DNA from: Octopus sinensis
Taxonomy: Eukaryota
NCBI RefSeq assembly: GCF_006345805.1
Contig: NC_043015.1
Coordinates: 35,898,001-35,962,000 of the forward strand
Reading direction: 5' to 3'
Length of the DNA stretch: 64,000 nucleotides
The translations under genes were made by a program, and so were the position numbers. This document shows positions 49,455 through 63,486 of this stretch, one piece after another. A model generated the notes under the pieces. The model saw only the letters and a list, made by a program, of their open reading frames with translations, made no database searches and had not been told where the DNA came from. How positions within the stretch are numbered: position 1 is the stretch's first letter; every line of letters starts with the position of its first letter.

Positions 49455-50125
49455 AGCGACGATGCTCTTCTCAATATGTGTGACGTAAAAGTTAAGACCA
49501 TCTTTTGCACTACCTGCATGGATGGTAAGCCAGGGATAATTCTTAAATAATTTTCAGTTCCTCTTTTGATCATTCCAAGTGCTCCTACAATCACTGGTAT
49601 TGTAACCTTCTTGAGATGCCACAGTTTTTCGATTTCGATTAGCAAATCTTTATATTTTCTGAGCTTAACAAATTGTTTTGCCGAGATATTATGGTCACAA
49701 GATATGCTCATGCCAATCAATAAACAGACTTCATTGTTTTGGTCTTTCACAACAGTATCTGGTTTATCTGCTTCGATGGTTCGACTTTACATTCTGGGAA
49801 GTCCCAAAGAATAGTTACATTTTTCTCCCTCAGGGTGGTGCTTGTACCATTTGTCAGCAGTTTCCATTACATAATGCCGACATATTATCCAATGTAGATA
49901 TTGCCTCGTCTTGATTTGTACTCTACAAGCGCTGAAACCTTACTTCCAGGGATTAGGCGGTGCACGTTTTGTATCCCATCGTTGCAATGTCGGCACTTTG
50001 GGTCTACACCCTTTTTCATCATATTCGCTTGATAGTTCAGGATCAATAAGCTCTGATCTTGGGCAGCCTTCACTCTCTGCCTTTAGCCCTGAGTTCCGTA
50101 GCTACTGATGTGTGTGTTCCAGGTC
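49455..50125 (-). mobile_element. R4/Dong-like 3' fragment (second subfamily)
   Basis: AAQDQSLL..NYQANMMKKGVDPKCRHC, KPDTVVKD..CLLIGMSI, IPVIVGALGMIK, SHILRRA. Confidence 0.85.
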
Positions 50126-50149
50126 TACACCAGCTTATTATTATTATTT

Positions 50150-50680
50150 TACAGTGTATGTAAAAATGCACCGGAGCCTTTGGTCATCTGTCAAGTCACA
50201 AGAGGGGCCTCGAACAATTAATACTTTCCTTAAGATGTGCGCTGTGCCCAATAAGGCTCCTTTTTCCAAGACATCAATCTTGCATGGGATTTCCAGTTGC
50301 CATAAGAAGTCTCGAAGTTTAAATGGATTGAGCCTAACACCCCGATCACCACTGGTAACACTTTTACATTACCCCCTCGAATTCCATACAATCTTGCCAT
50401 TTCCATTTCTTGGTGATTTTTTCAACCACTTTACTCACAAAATTCATGTCATTTGGTATGGCTACATCAATGATATGATAGTATTTATCTCTCTTATCCA
50501 ATATGACAATATTCGGCCGACGGTGTTCGATTACACGATCCGTCTGAAAAATCATAGTCCCAGAGTATCGTTACTTTTTCATCTTCTCGCATAACTTTAC
50601 TTGGTACTTGCTCATACCGGTTCTCTGTTACTTCATATTAGTATTTACAGCATAAGAGCCAATGAAGATACACACACATT
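50150..50680 (-). mobile_element. R4/Dong-like 3' fragment (third subfamily) with (AAT)n tail
   Basis: QTDRVIEHRRPNIVILDK..IIDVAIPND, ALLGTAHILRKVL; tail TTATTATTATT at 50135-50147 on + strand. Confidence 0.85.
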
Positions 50681-50777
50681 TTATTGTGGCTGCGCTTGTA
50701 TTCTTTTTGTGCTGTGGCTATTAATATTATTACTACTACTGCTACTACTACTGCTACTGCTGCTGCTGTTGCTGCTG

Positions 50778-50840
<63 letters not shown>

Positions 50841-51400
50841 AAGTAGGCCTTCTAGTTTCTAGTACTGTGTCCGTCTGAAATGTTAAAATCCCAAAACATC
50901 TTATATTCCTTACTTTCTAGCACTTCACTACATTCTTGTTCTTTCGCAGTGTGAACCATTCCTAGCTTTCTCCATAACTCCCTGTAGATTAATCTCCATC
51001 AGGTGTCTTATCTTTTTTCGATATTTAAAAAAAATCATTTCTTAATATGTAAAACTCAACAAATATGTCTGTCTTTTTGGTGTAACCCACTTTCTTCGCC
51101 CTGGTAGCAGATAAAAGAAATACTCACCATCATCATCACCAGCACCATCACCTCCCACCCAACCACAATCACCCACCACCAACATCATCATCATCATCAT
51201 CATCATTAGTTTTTTTTTGTGTAATTCTGTAATTGCTTCACGTTGTTCCTATTGCTATGATTTCTAGAATCTCAGCTGTTCCAAACACATCAACTCATTG
51301 CGAAATAGGTCTGTCATTCTACACAATGACAATGCAGAATATACATATATATATATACGCATTGAGAGTCACACATACGTATATACATACATACATACAT

Positions 51401-51479
<79 letters not shown>

Positions 51480-51747
51480 GTGTATGTGTACATCTATACA
51501 TTCAGACAAAACATCATTAGCGTATACCATAATTCTGTAACAATTTGCTTATATAAAGCTATGTGGAATTTCATACATTCCGGAGTTGGCAAAAAGAACA
51601 AGATTTCTATGGAGATCAATAATAATCTCTGTGAAGCAACCAGAGGAACGGAAGAGGGGAAAAAACAAAGAACAAAAAGACACAACTAACCGATTCTGCT
51701 TGCTTTGTAAATATTTAATTGTATACATACTTATAAGTAAATATGTA

Positions 51748-51793
<46 letters not shown>

Positions 51794-51805
51794 TATATAT
51801 ATATA

Positions 51806-51902
<97 letters not shown>

Positions 51903-53478
51903 GTATATATATGTTCATCCTTACACAATCACACAAACAACATATATGGGTATGTATATAAACATATCTCCGTTTGTATATTTTGTGTGTTATATATATA
52001 TATATATATATAATATATATATATAATATATATATATATACATATAGATAGATGGATAGACGAATTGTTATACACACAAACACACGCACACACACGCATA
52101 CACGCAGATACACACACACACACACACGCACATGTGTGTATGCGCGTAGGGGCCCGAATCTTTTTTCTTCTTTATTCATTTGGCTCTCAATTCACTGGTG
52201 CATATATTAAGTTTGTATGAATATCCTAAGAAAAAATTTCTCGAATTATTCTTTAGCGTTTTGCGTATTAAATTATTAAATATTTACATATCTTTTGCTA
52301 CTAATTCTTTATCAACAACAACAACAACGACAAAGACAATAACAACAACAACAACAACAATCTTCGTATTTCCATCATTCTTTCAAGATAATTAACTGTT
52401 TGTTCATGGAATGAGCATTTCATTGTATTTGCTTCTATTTCCATTCTCTATCATTCGTATTTATTACTTTTGTTATCTCAAAGACATAAATACTATATTC
52501 CAGAAAGATCCTTTAAGCAAAACAATTGTCTTTCCTTTTTTATTGTGTGTGTGTTAGAGCTTGTGTTCATTCTTGTCTTCCATATTTTTTATGGTTTTTT
52601 TATTTTTCACGTCGTCATTCATAACAGATGAATAAAGAAACGTAATTCAATGTTTATCTTATTTCCTGCTGCATTCTTGATGTTGTTGGTTTTTCTGTTC
52701 TCATTGCTATTGTTGTAATTCATACAGTTGTTGGTGTTGTCATTTAGCCCCAGGTCAGCTCTGACCGAGCTGATCTAGGATCATCTAGAACCAGCATACC
52801 AGCAGTAACATTATTCCATTTTCTTTTCCGGCGAGCACAGGACACAGGACTTCATCCACTAAGTCACCAGTTGTTTTTTTTTTCTTTTAAATAGTGTTGG
52901 GCGTGATTTAAGTTAAACGTGTTTGCCATTCTTAGCAGCATGAACAACCACGTATAGGAGCATTCGTTAGATAACATTTGGTAGCGGGTAGCAGCTACCC
53001 GGTGTTATACTATAGCATATAGGTTTGTATGTTTATATACACCCACACGTAAACACTCACATACAAACAGAGAGATAGAGAGAGAAAGAGAGAGGAGAGA
53101 AACAAATATATAGAAGTTTGGACAGAAATGTTAATACAATGTTATAAACAACCTTAAACGCTTAATTGACATACACATATATCTGCATATAAATATATAA
53201 ATATATATATATTCGTGAATGTATCGTATATCCGGATAACAAATTCACGCTCAAGCATAGAGCAGTAATGTATTAAAGGCAACTGAGTCTACGTCCAGTC
53301 ATAGAGTAACCAATGGTTTCACATTCATGAGATATTCGGCTTTAGCCTCTGACCTCCACAAGACGTCAAAGTGACTAAAGCGTTTGTTGATGTGAAACCA
53401 TTCGTGGCTGTATTACGGGAAATAGACACAATTAATTTTAACATCTATTATATACAAATATATATCTATATGTATATG

Positions 53479-53538
<60 letters not shown>

Positions 53539-53547
53539 AATATATAT

Positions 53548-53580
<33 letters not shown>

Positions 53581-53690
53581 GTATAATATATATATATATA
53601 TATATATAATATATATATATAATTATATATATATAATATATATTATATATATATATATATATGTATATATCATACATATATACGACATAG

Positions 53691-53776
53691 TTCTTTCAGT
53701 TTCCGTCTACCAAATCCACTCACAAGTCTTTGGTCGGCCCGAGGCTATAGTAGGAGACACTTGCCCAAGGTGCCAC
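53691..53776 (-). mobile_element. SINE family C 3' part with CORE-like motif
   Basis: Reverse complement GTGGCACCTTGGGCAAGTGTC resembles the CORE-SINE motif GTGACCTTGGGCAAGTCAC. Decayed relatives at 19390-19500 and 62350-62430. Confidence 0.6.
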
Positions 53777-53799
53777 ATATTTCACTTGCTTAAATCATT

Positions 53800-53975
53800 G
53801 GAGTACAACCATGGGATTCGGCCTGGAAGGGGTTTAATCGAAGAATTGGAACCGGATATTCATTCTTTATGCCTAGTTTTATGCCCATCGAATGTTTATG
53901 TCGAGCCGCTAAGTTACGGGGATGTAAATAAATCAATTCTATGTGTAAAGCTGTTGTACGTGGCAAACACAAGGA
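53800..53975 (+). mobile_element. SINE-like repeat family D
   Basis: GAAGGGGTTTAATCGAAGAATTGGAACC...GAGCCGCTAAGTTACGGGGATGTAAAT. Confidence 0.65.
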
Positions 53976-54160
53976 CACACAAAGACACACACACACACGC
54001 AGTCACGCACGCGCGCGCACACACACATATACACACACATATAATACTTAATATTTTCTGTTGTTAAAGATCTGCTACATAAGATATAAAAGTAAATCGA
54101 AAGCCGAAACAGGCTTCAAATCTTTTCGGAATGGAAACTAATACGGGTTTCACCTTTTTC

Positions 54161-54352
54161 ATACAAGGAAAGCAATTACGGTGGATGGAGAAGTCGATTA
54201 CATGGATCCAGCGCTTCTCTGGTACTTAACTTATCGACCTTGAAAAGATGAAAGGTAAAACCGTTCCTGTAAGTATTTGAATTCAGAACGTAAAGACGGA
54301 CGAAACGCAGCTAAGCATTTTTCCGGCTTGGTAAGGTTTCCGCTGGCGCTCG
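54161..54352 (-). mobile_element. SINE family A, decayed
   Basis: CTGGTACTTAACTTATCGACCTTGAAAAGATGAAAGG...TTTGAATTCAGAACGTAAAGACGGACGAAAC. Confidence 0.8.
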
Positions 54353-54776
54353 CTGTTTCGAATGGAAAGTAATATCGTGAAATGAAGACCCCCCCCCCCA
54401 GCACATCAGTTCTTCAATAAGGATTACGGAAATGGAGCTTCAACTATAAGACAAGGAGCGATATGTGATTTAGTATTATTTCATACTCATAGATTTGGTC
54501 GAGATAACATAACTTAAGGGCCGAACATGGAAACTTAACTGAAAAAAATATATAATTTTGAACGTAAATAGTGCAGTTATTCACCAAAAATATGATTTGT
54601 AGATCTCTGAGAAAGGCAAAAAACCCCAAAAAACCTCATTCTACAACACACTGGTTCCTTCAAAGCAGCTCTTTAAAGATGAATAAATATCGTTTCTAAA
54701 ACTTGTGACAAAATAAAGAAAACAAAACGGGAAGAGTGAGAGAGGGAGGGAAAGGGGGGAGAAGAAATATTGATAC

Positions 54777-54832
<56 letters not shown>

Positions 54833-55208
54833 ACAGTGTACATGTGTGCGTGTGCGCGTGTGTGCATGTGTGCTTTTGTGCGTGTGTGCGTGTGCGCATG
54901 TGATTTTACATTTCAGCCTTATAATGTTAGCAACGTTTCAAGTCTAAATATTTTTCACCAGGGCATCGTCTATTAATAACAAACACGGTTTGGTGTTTTA
55001 TAAGCATCCCCGAGGAAATTTACCAGACAAGAAATGTTGGTTCCGTCGTAGATTTTATATTCAGAATAGATTTAAATACACTCAACATTCAAGTCTAGTA
55101 TATAAAGTGTTAAGTTTTCCATGAAACACTTTTAAATCAAGACAACATACAACCATTGCGTACACACAACGCATACACACACATACACGCACACACACAT
55201 ATTACGTA

Positions 55209-55263
<55 letters not shown>

Positions 55264-56308
55264 GTATAATACAAAATGGAAACACAACTACACACATCTA
55301 GTCTTGCTCTTTTCTATTTTCTTTTTGTTAATTGCTTTCAAAGTGTGTACAATACCTAATCATAACTCAGTTATCATTTTACATATCTGTCTGTATGTCT
55401 GTCAATCTGTTTGACTGTCTGTCTATTTGTCTGTCTCTCTCTCTCTCTCACCCCTTCTCTCTCTCTCTCTCTGTATATATATGAATATATTTATATATAT
55501 ATATATATATAGATATATATATATTATAATATATATATATGTATGTATGTGTATATGCATGTGTGTATGTGTTGTGTGTGGTTTATATAGTCGTGTATAA
55601 ACGCTATCATATAAATCTGTGTTGGTCTATTCGTTCGTTATTGAAGACACTTAATATCGCTTTCACGTAGTTTCCAAACCCGATGTAAACATTAATTACG
55701 TAAATTGCAATCGAACTCGCTCTCTGCACAAACAATTCCTTAACACTAATAAAGCGTTCAAGAAGAATTCTTCACGAGGTAAATGCTAGATGCTGATACG
55801 GCTTAATTTGCCAGTTTGCGTATCAAATGTGCTCGTTATATTTACAAAAAGGACGCTAAATTGTTAGTTTATTGTTTAGTAAACAGCAAATAGCAGCTGC
55901 TATATGATGCATTTACCTTCAAATTACGTTTTTGTATTTTAGAGATAAAGGAAGGTATAATTTGAAATATCTGTGTGTGTCTGTGTGTGTCTGTGTCTGT
56001 TTGTTGTATACGTGCATGCATAAATGAACGCATACATAGATGCGTATATATTTAAACTCTCCACCCACACATACACACAGATACGAACGACTATATATAT
56101 GTGTACATATAAAAATGCGGAGTGATAAATAGAAAAAATAGAGAGACTGATAGATTGAGAAAGAAAGAGAGAAACCAGAAACAGAGTTACACATATTCAG
56201 TAAATGTGTGTGTGTGTGTATTTACTTATGTACACACGCGCACACACAAGCGCTCACACACACAGGCGCACACACACACAAGCAAGCACACACACACACA
56301 CACAAGCA

Positions 56309-56355
<47 letters not shown>

Positions 56356-56514
56356 ATATGCTGATTTGTAATACTTGCCTCTCTATTAACGCATTTGTGT
56401 CGATGCTTACTAATCAGTTCACCAAAATACCGACCATTTTTGTCTGCCATTATATTTGCCATCCGTACATTCCCCAAATACATATATCTGTTCATAAACA
56501 CTTCCTCTGTCTGT

Positions 56515-56678
56515 CTGATTGTCTGTCTATCTATCTATCTATCTATCTATCTGTCTGTCTGTATGTATGTCTGTCAGTATGTCTATCTATCCATCTATAT
56601 ATCTATCTATCTATTTATCTATCTATATGTCTATCTATCTATCTACCTACCTACCTACCTACCTACCTACCTACCTAC

Positions 56679-56723
<45 letters not shown>

Positions 56724-56800
56724 ACTATCTATCTATCTATCCATAACTATCTATCAATCAATCAATCAATCAGTCTATCTATCTACCTATCCACCTACCT
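56515..56800. repeat. (CTAT)n/(CTAC)n/(CAAT)n compound tetranucleotide tract
   Basis: Direct reading. Confidence 0.95.
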
Positions 56801-57244
56801 ACACATTTTCTTGCTCCGCTCTTGTTTATATTCCTTCGATCAGCTTCATATCAATTTCCTGTTGAATTGCTTGCTTTCCACACGGACAATCACTAAATTA
56901 TTCCTTATATACTGTTTCAATTGCGTATTATTTAATTATATATTTATACACTAATGGAGCCAGGGTGTCAGAAATCAAGCACTAACGGTATAAACATTAT
57001 AATATTCTGTTTTAAATCTGTCCTTATACTCTTTTATTTCCTTCATCTCGGCCGCCTCTTCGTAATCCGCAACAGTTATTATTTTTTATCATACCTTCGT
57101 TGTTGATAATGTAATTACGCTAAGGTTTAGTGAATTGTTAGAATCGGAAAAGTCTTGAATAAAATGCGTACATGTATTTCGACATGAGATCAACTTCTCC
57201 TCTCGTCATGACAGGTTCAATAAATTAAAATACCTATTTCTATT

Positions 57245-57467
57245 TCTTTACTACCCACAAGGGGCTAAACACAGAGAGGACAAACAAGCAAACAGATTAA
57301 GTAGATTATATCGACCCCAGTGCATAACTGGTACTTATTTAATCGACCCCAAAAGGATGAAAGGCAAAGTCGGCCTCGGCGGAATTTGAACTCAGAACGT
57401 AGCGGCAGCCGAAATACGGCTAAGCATTTCGTCCTGTGTGCTAACGACTCTGCCAATTCGCCACCTT
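57245..57467 (-). mobile_element. SINE family A, well preserved, alternative 3' tail
   Basis: Intact head and body; tail (reverse complement GTGTTTAGCCCCTTGTGGGTAGTAAAGAAA) differs from the GGCCTTGTGCC tail. Confidence 0.9.
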
Positions 57468-58084
57468 AATAAATTAAAATAGCATCTGTATACTGGGACA
57501 AATTATTCGATTTAAACGGCACCTAAAATTTTCGCCATGTATTAAGGCCAGAGATGACAAAATTTCATCACAAACACATCCTATTGCATTTATCAAAATA
57601 TCTGAATAATTGCTTTATATTTTTATCTTTTCATGTTTTATTGTTTCCTTCATTGACCTGTGGCAATGTTGAGTCGCTCATCGAAGAGCTTTAGTTAAAC
57701 AAATCGCAGTCTGAGTTCTGATCATGCAGAATTCAAATTTGCTTTTTATTTTTTCAGGATCGATTAAATAAAGTTCCCGCGACTGATTAGTAAAGCTAAA
57801 AAAAGAAAAAAAAATGGCATGGCTTGTGGAATGTATTATGGTTTTTGAACCTGGGTAATGTGAGTGATATGTTTAATGCGGATTAACAGCGCCAGCTATT
57901 CCTTGGTTGTATATTTAGCCGAGTTCACGGTGCTTTCACCATTTAGTACAGTTGACTGGTTTGAGGATAATTGTATTTTATTTTTAACACCAACACCGGA
58001 AACTCTTTTAAATTAAAGGCTTTAGAGTAGCACAGTTCGACCTTTGCTTAAATAAGTCACAATTAAAAAACCCGAACAAAAAAA

Positions 58085-58440
58085 AAACTATCTAAGCGAA
58101 TGCAGGACTTAGAGAGCTCAGCCACTGGGAAAGATTGAAACACTTAAGACTCTGTTCCCCGGAGAGAAGACGGGAGAGGTATGCAGTGATATATATCTGG
58201 AAGATCCTGAAAGGAATTGTGACAAATTTTGGCATTGAAAGCTACAGCAATGCCAGAACGGGACGACACTGCATAGTGCCAAATGTCCCATCAATGCCAT
58301 CACGCTTCAGGATCAGTTACTGCAACATCCTGAGTTTCAAGGACCCACAGCTTTTTCATATTCTCCCAACGAATCTGAGGAACTTGCACAAAGTAGATGT
58401 AAGGGGTTTTAAATCAAAGCCTACCAGATGAACCTACTTC
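58085..58440 (+). mobile_element. CR1-group LINE 3' fragment
   Basis: HWERLKHLRLCSPERRRERYAVIYIWKILKG...FKDPQLFHILP..LR, a CR1/L2-group C-terminal motif; internal deletion before PDEP. Confidence 0.8.
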
Positions 58441-60289
58441 ACGGCAAGTTAAGTCACATTTACGACCCATAGTCACCCAATTATCAGACCACTGAAAGTT
58501 CGTGGAAATTATGTAAATGGCCACGGTTGGTTTATACTTGCGCAAAACCTCACGTTTTTACACACCACGCGCATATAACTCTTGACTTCATTCTGTGGAA
58601 ATTGCGTTGAATTCCAGCGAGTTGTTTTTAAATTAAAAAAATGTTACGTCGTTAATAATTTGAAACGCAATGAATATTTATACATACATACACACAAACA
58701 CATGCTCCCACGCACACAAACAGAGAGACATACACATACACACGCACACTCACACACACATGCAGAACAATATATGTTAAATAAAATCAGAAAACAAAGC
58801 CAAGGCAATGCGAAATTTCTCGAAGATTTATAAAGAGAAGGGTATTCTTAGAGGTGTTTCATGGATATAAAGGATATCCCATTATGAGAGACGATATGAG
58901 AGAGTTAAACAGAAGGAAATATTAGAGTTGAATATAAGAGGTTATTTTGGAAAGGGAGAAATATAGGAAATATAAAAGGAAATATGAGAATTAAAATGTA
59001 CGTTGGATGTTACAGTTGCAGTACCATTATCCAAGGAAAGTGCTGTGTAGAATGGGAAGAGAGGCTTCTTATCTCTGCAGATGCCGATAGGAGTTCATAT
59101 TTAGTTATTAGAAATGGATAATATGCAAATATTAATTCCATGTGCTGTTCATTTAAAGTGGGTTTTGTAGTGTAAATGAAATTTTGAGAATATACTGGTA
59201 GAAGGAAGTGGATAGAGAGAAGAGAGTAGATAAGTATGTTAGAAGGAGGAAAATTGTATAGGTCAAAAGGATTGGAGAGGAGGAACAAGGAAGAAAGAAA
59301 GAGGAAGAGAAAATGAAAAAAGGAGAGCTAGATGGTAGTCAAGATACTGAGGGGGCGAGAAGAGAGCTATCGGTACGAAAGGAATAGTAGGAGGGATAGA
59401 AGGAAGAGAAAAGAGTATATATAAAGAGAGAGATAGAGAGAGAGAGAGTTAAAGTGAAAAAGAGAAAGAGAGAGAGGGGAGATATATATTTATAAATTAT
59501 TTTTGTAACATGAGAGTTTTCTGGAAACATCAAATTTTTCATACATGGCGTGTTTAAATGTTGTGATATTACTTTTAAGATACACTGTATGCATCTTCAT
59601 ATACATACATGCACGCACGCACGCATACATACATTCATACATACATACATACATACATTCATATACACATAAATACATACGCACACAGACACACACATAT
59701 ATATATATGTATGTATAGATATATATATATACATATATATGTGCTTTTGTTGAGGGGTGTGTATGTGTGTACTCTATGTATATGATATTCTCTTTTATAA
59801 TGGCGTACTTCTATACGTCGCACAGACAAACGTTCCTAAACAAGCATATATACATACATGCATCGAATGGGAAATAATTATAAAAAAAGCATATACACAT
59901 ATACATACATGAACATATACACATACTTTAATACACACATATAAACACTCACACACACACACACACACACACATTCAGAATTAAAACACTTATCGCGAAT
60001 GTCACTAATGCTATTTTTTTATCTTTTTAAAGCTTTTTTTTTATAGTTTATTTCTGTTTTCGTTTTTATCTTTTCGTTTTGATTCATTGTATCAGGATTC
60101 GGCAGAGAATTGGAAGCAATTTCATGGCTCAATTGGTTTTAGTGGAACTAACGACTCTGGCCAGATATATCAAGTCTCTTGGACATGTCAGATACGGTGC
60201 CTCTATGAAGATATGTTTTTAACATATATATACATACGTGTGTTAATGTGTGTATATGTATATATGTATATGCATATACATATATACGT

Positions 60290-60384
<95 letters not shown>

Positions 60385-60519
60385 CAAATATATATATATA
60401 TTTATATATATGTGTGTGTATGCGTGTGCGTGTATTTAATATATGATATACATATATATTTATATGTATCTTTACATTTCTTTGCTTAATTTTTTCATTT
60501 TTTTTTTTTATTTCTATTA

Positions 60520-61380
60520 TTTGTTCTTGATTGTTATTTGTTGCTGTGTTGTTGGTGGTGGCGATGGTCGTGCGGTAGGCGTAGATCGTAATCGCGGTAA
60601 GCTTGTTACATTTGATGGTGTTGATTGAGGCTCTGCCACTGTTCGTGACGATGTTGGCGATGATGGCGATGGCGGTGGCAGTTACTGATGGTGGAGATGT
60701 TGTAGAGGGTGTTGGTTGTGGCAAAAGTGTTCAAAGTGGTGATAGTGGTGACGGGGATGTTAGAAATATTGTGTACGATGACGGCGGTGTGTCTGCTGAC
60801 GGAAGAACCCAAGATGCAGTTGGTAGCATATACCTTAGTGATCCTTGTAGAGACTGTGGAGAGAGAGATGGTGGTTGTTGAAAGGATAGGAGGGATGTGT
60901 GTTGGCGTTGTTGGGGATGGTGGTGGCTGTGGTTGTAGTTTTGGTGGTAGTTTGAATGGTATTGAATGCCGTGGTGGTGGTCATTTTGACAGTAGCAGTT
61001 TTAGTGTCTATGGTTGTGTTTTAGTGCTGGTGGCAGATGCAATGGAGGTGGTTGAGGTGGTGGTGGTGGTGGTGGTGGTGGTGGTGGTGCTAGTGAGCTG
61101 GTGGTGATTGTGGTGGAGACGTTACTGGTGGTGGGGTTGTGGTTAAGCTGCTTAGCGGTTTGTTGTGACTGATAGCGATGAAAAAGTTGGTCCTGTTTAT
61201 GTCTCTGGTGGCGATATTTGTAGGGATGGTCACGATACTGGATTGGGTGTGGTGTTGATAGTGACGATACACGTGGCGCTGGTGATGCTGCTTATCCTGA
61301 TAGTGCTGCTCCTGATTGTTAGAATTAGAGTTACTGGTGGTAGCGATGCTGTTGTTGCTCTTGTTTATGTTGTTGTTATT
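60520..61380. repeat. Degenerate (GTG/GTT/GAT)n low-complexity region
   Basis: Direct reading; explains Val/Gly-rich ORFs. Confidence 0.85.
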
Positions 61381-61559
61381 TAATTCCAGGGGAGCTTTCA
61401 TCAAACACATTTGTGAAATCATGTTTATGCCCACAAAAATACATCCGGTGGTGGGTTGGAATATAATCCGCGCTGGGGAGATGCCCGCATACAAAGCAGA
61501 AATAATTTAGTGATATATGAATTATAATGACCTCAAAACGTTAATGATCTGAGATTATC

Positions 61560-61812
61560 CTTCTTGAGAGTGTTTAAAATAGAAAAAAAATTACCAAAGA
61601 ATAAGACTAATACAGATCCTCTTCCACAGCTTCCGCGTAACTCCCAGGGAGTTAAAGAAGGCATAGTTTGTCTTATCCATAAAAGAGGCAGGAGACGGAT
61701 GCTAAAAATGGTAGAACTCTCTCTCACCCCCCGCGTCACAAAGTCATGGAAGGCATTGTCAGGATGAAACTGACCGAGTTCCTGGAAGATCATGAGTTCC
61801 TCTCCGACAGCA
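61560..61812 (+). mobile_element. CR1-group LINE RT N-terminal fragment
   Basis: With frameshifts: EGIVCLIHKRG...SLTPRVTKVMEGIVRMKLTEFLEDHEFLSD (W..A.V.PIhK.G..YRPISLT..KvmE pattern). Confidence 0.7.
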
Positions 61813-61999
61813 TGTGTGTACATATATATATATTTATATATACATACATATATATATATATATATAAAAATTGAGGGAGATAAATTAATATTAATTTTAA
61901 TATCAATTTAAAACCAGTAGTCCATCATTCAAAAAATCTGAGGAGTCAGAGAAAATTCAAATATATGTGTATATTGGCAGGGCTAGGCCAGCCCTGCCA

Positions 62000-62046
<47 letters not shown>

Positions 62047-62504
62047 TATATATATATATGTGTGTGCAAAGACATGCACACACATTAATTGTGTCACATA
62101 TATACTGTGATGAAAGTGTTTCTCACTTTAAAAGAAAATAATTCTCAACCTCCCATTTCTTCTTATGAATTATTATAATTTTCTCCAACTTAATTACAAT
62201 CATTTAACCGAACATTGTGACAATAGAATGCTTTGCACATTTTCTATGATCGAGAATAGATTTGTATTCTTTAAATAGATGTGTTTTTAATCGAATGTTT
62301 CCTAGTCAAATGTTTCCCAGCTGACTCACAGACTGATACATTCTTTGTAGAGTGTGGTTGTCGTCCCATAGGGTTCAACGACATGGGGCTGAACTAGGAA
62401 CCCTGCGGTTGGGAAGCAAACATTTTATCTCATATGTTCCATACCCACTGCTGCTTTATGTTGATCCAATATGTGTGTGCGCGTGTATAAATATCTACCT
62501 ATCT

Positions 62505-62539
<35 letters not shown>

Positions 62540-62651
62540 TATATATATATACGTATATATAAATGTATGTACATATGTATATATATATATGTATATATAT
62601 ATATGTATGTATATATATATATATGTATATATATATGTCTATATATATATG

Positions 62652-62716
<65 letters not shown>

Positions 62717-62751
62717 TGATGTAATACGTGTCCTTGAGGTTGTAGTTGTGC

Positions 62752-62829
62752 GCGGCTGAAGAAGGCCATAGACACACATTATGCATTGTTATAAATCCGT
62801 CTAATAAAGGCCCGAAACATATGTACCGC
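62752..62829 (+). ncRNA. Minimal type I hammerhead ribozyme motif with 51-nt stem II, in a ~155-bp element between (TA)n arrays
   Basis: GCGG CTGAAGA(62756-62) A-GGCC..GGCC-C GAAA(62814-17) CATATG TA CCGC; GUA site, predicted cleavage after 62825; A.C mismatch at 10.1-11.1. Confidence 0.8.
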
Positions 62830-62877
62830 TGAATCCCTGGCATCATGTTTTTATTTTGATTAATTTATATATATACA

Positions 62878-62965
<88 letters not shown>

Positions 62966-62968
62966 GTA

Positions 62969-63023
<55 letters not shown>

Positions 63024-63486
63024 AACATATATGTACTTTTTACATTCTAAACGAGGAAACATGCTCACACCACACACACTTGTCCTTTTCACTATAACTA
63101 TTTCAATGGCTGAGTGTTGATCAGTGTTATGATAGAACCGTGTGTTTACCATAATTTTTTAAAGACAGGAATGTTTTAACAGACGAAATTACTGTTTAAT
63201 AAATGGTGTTTATACATTCACTTCATTATTCATTTATTTATTCATAGAAACAAGGAAATGACAGCATTTCGTGACAATTATACTCATTATACATCATTAT
63301 GTTGGGCTACAATAATTTTTGCTAATGGCTTCAGTTTCTGAATGAGTCTGAATAAAATAGTTTTTGGTTCTTGCCAGGCATAATTCTCTCGTATTCTTCT
63401 TTGTCCTTCATTTTGCATAATCACCAGAGGAAAAAAAAAATACATATTAATTTTACTATATTTAAAAATGTTCATATCAATATATA

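Noticed and set aside
55671-55778. Candidate 108-nt symmetric exon (AG at 55669-70, GTAAAT at 55779, open frame SKPDVNINYVNCNR...)
   Set aside because: Peptide unrecognised and no partner exons; expected by chance in 64 kb. Needs RNA-seq.
61938-61960. CTGAGGA GTCAGA GAAA
   Set aside because: No stem I partner and no stem II pairing.
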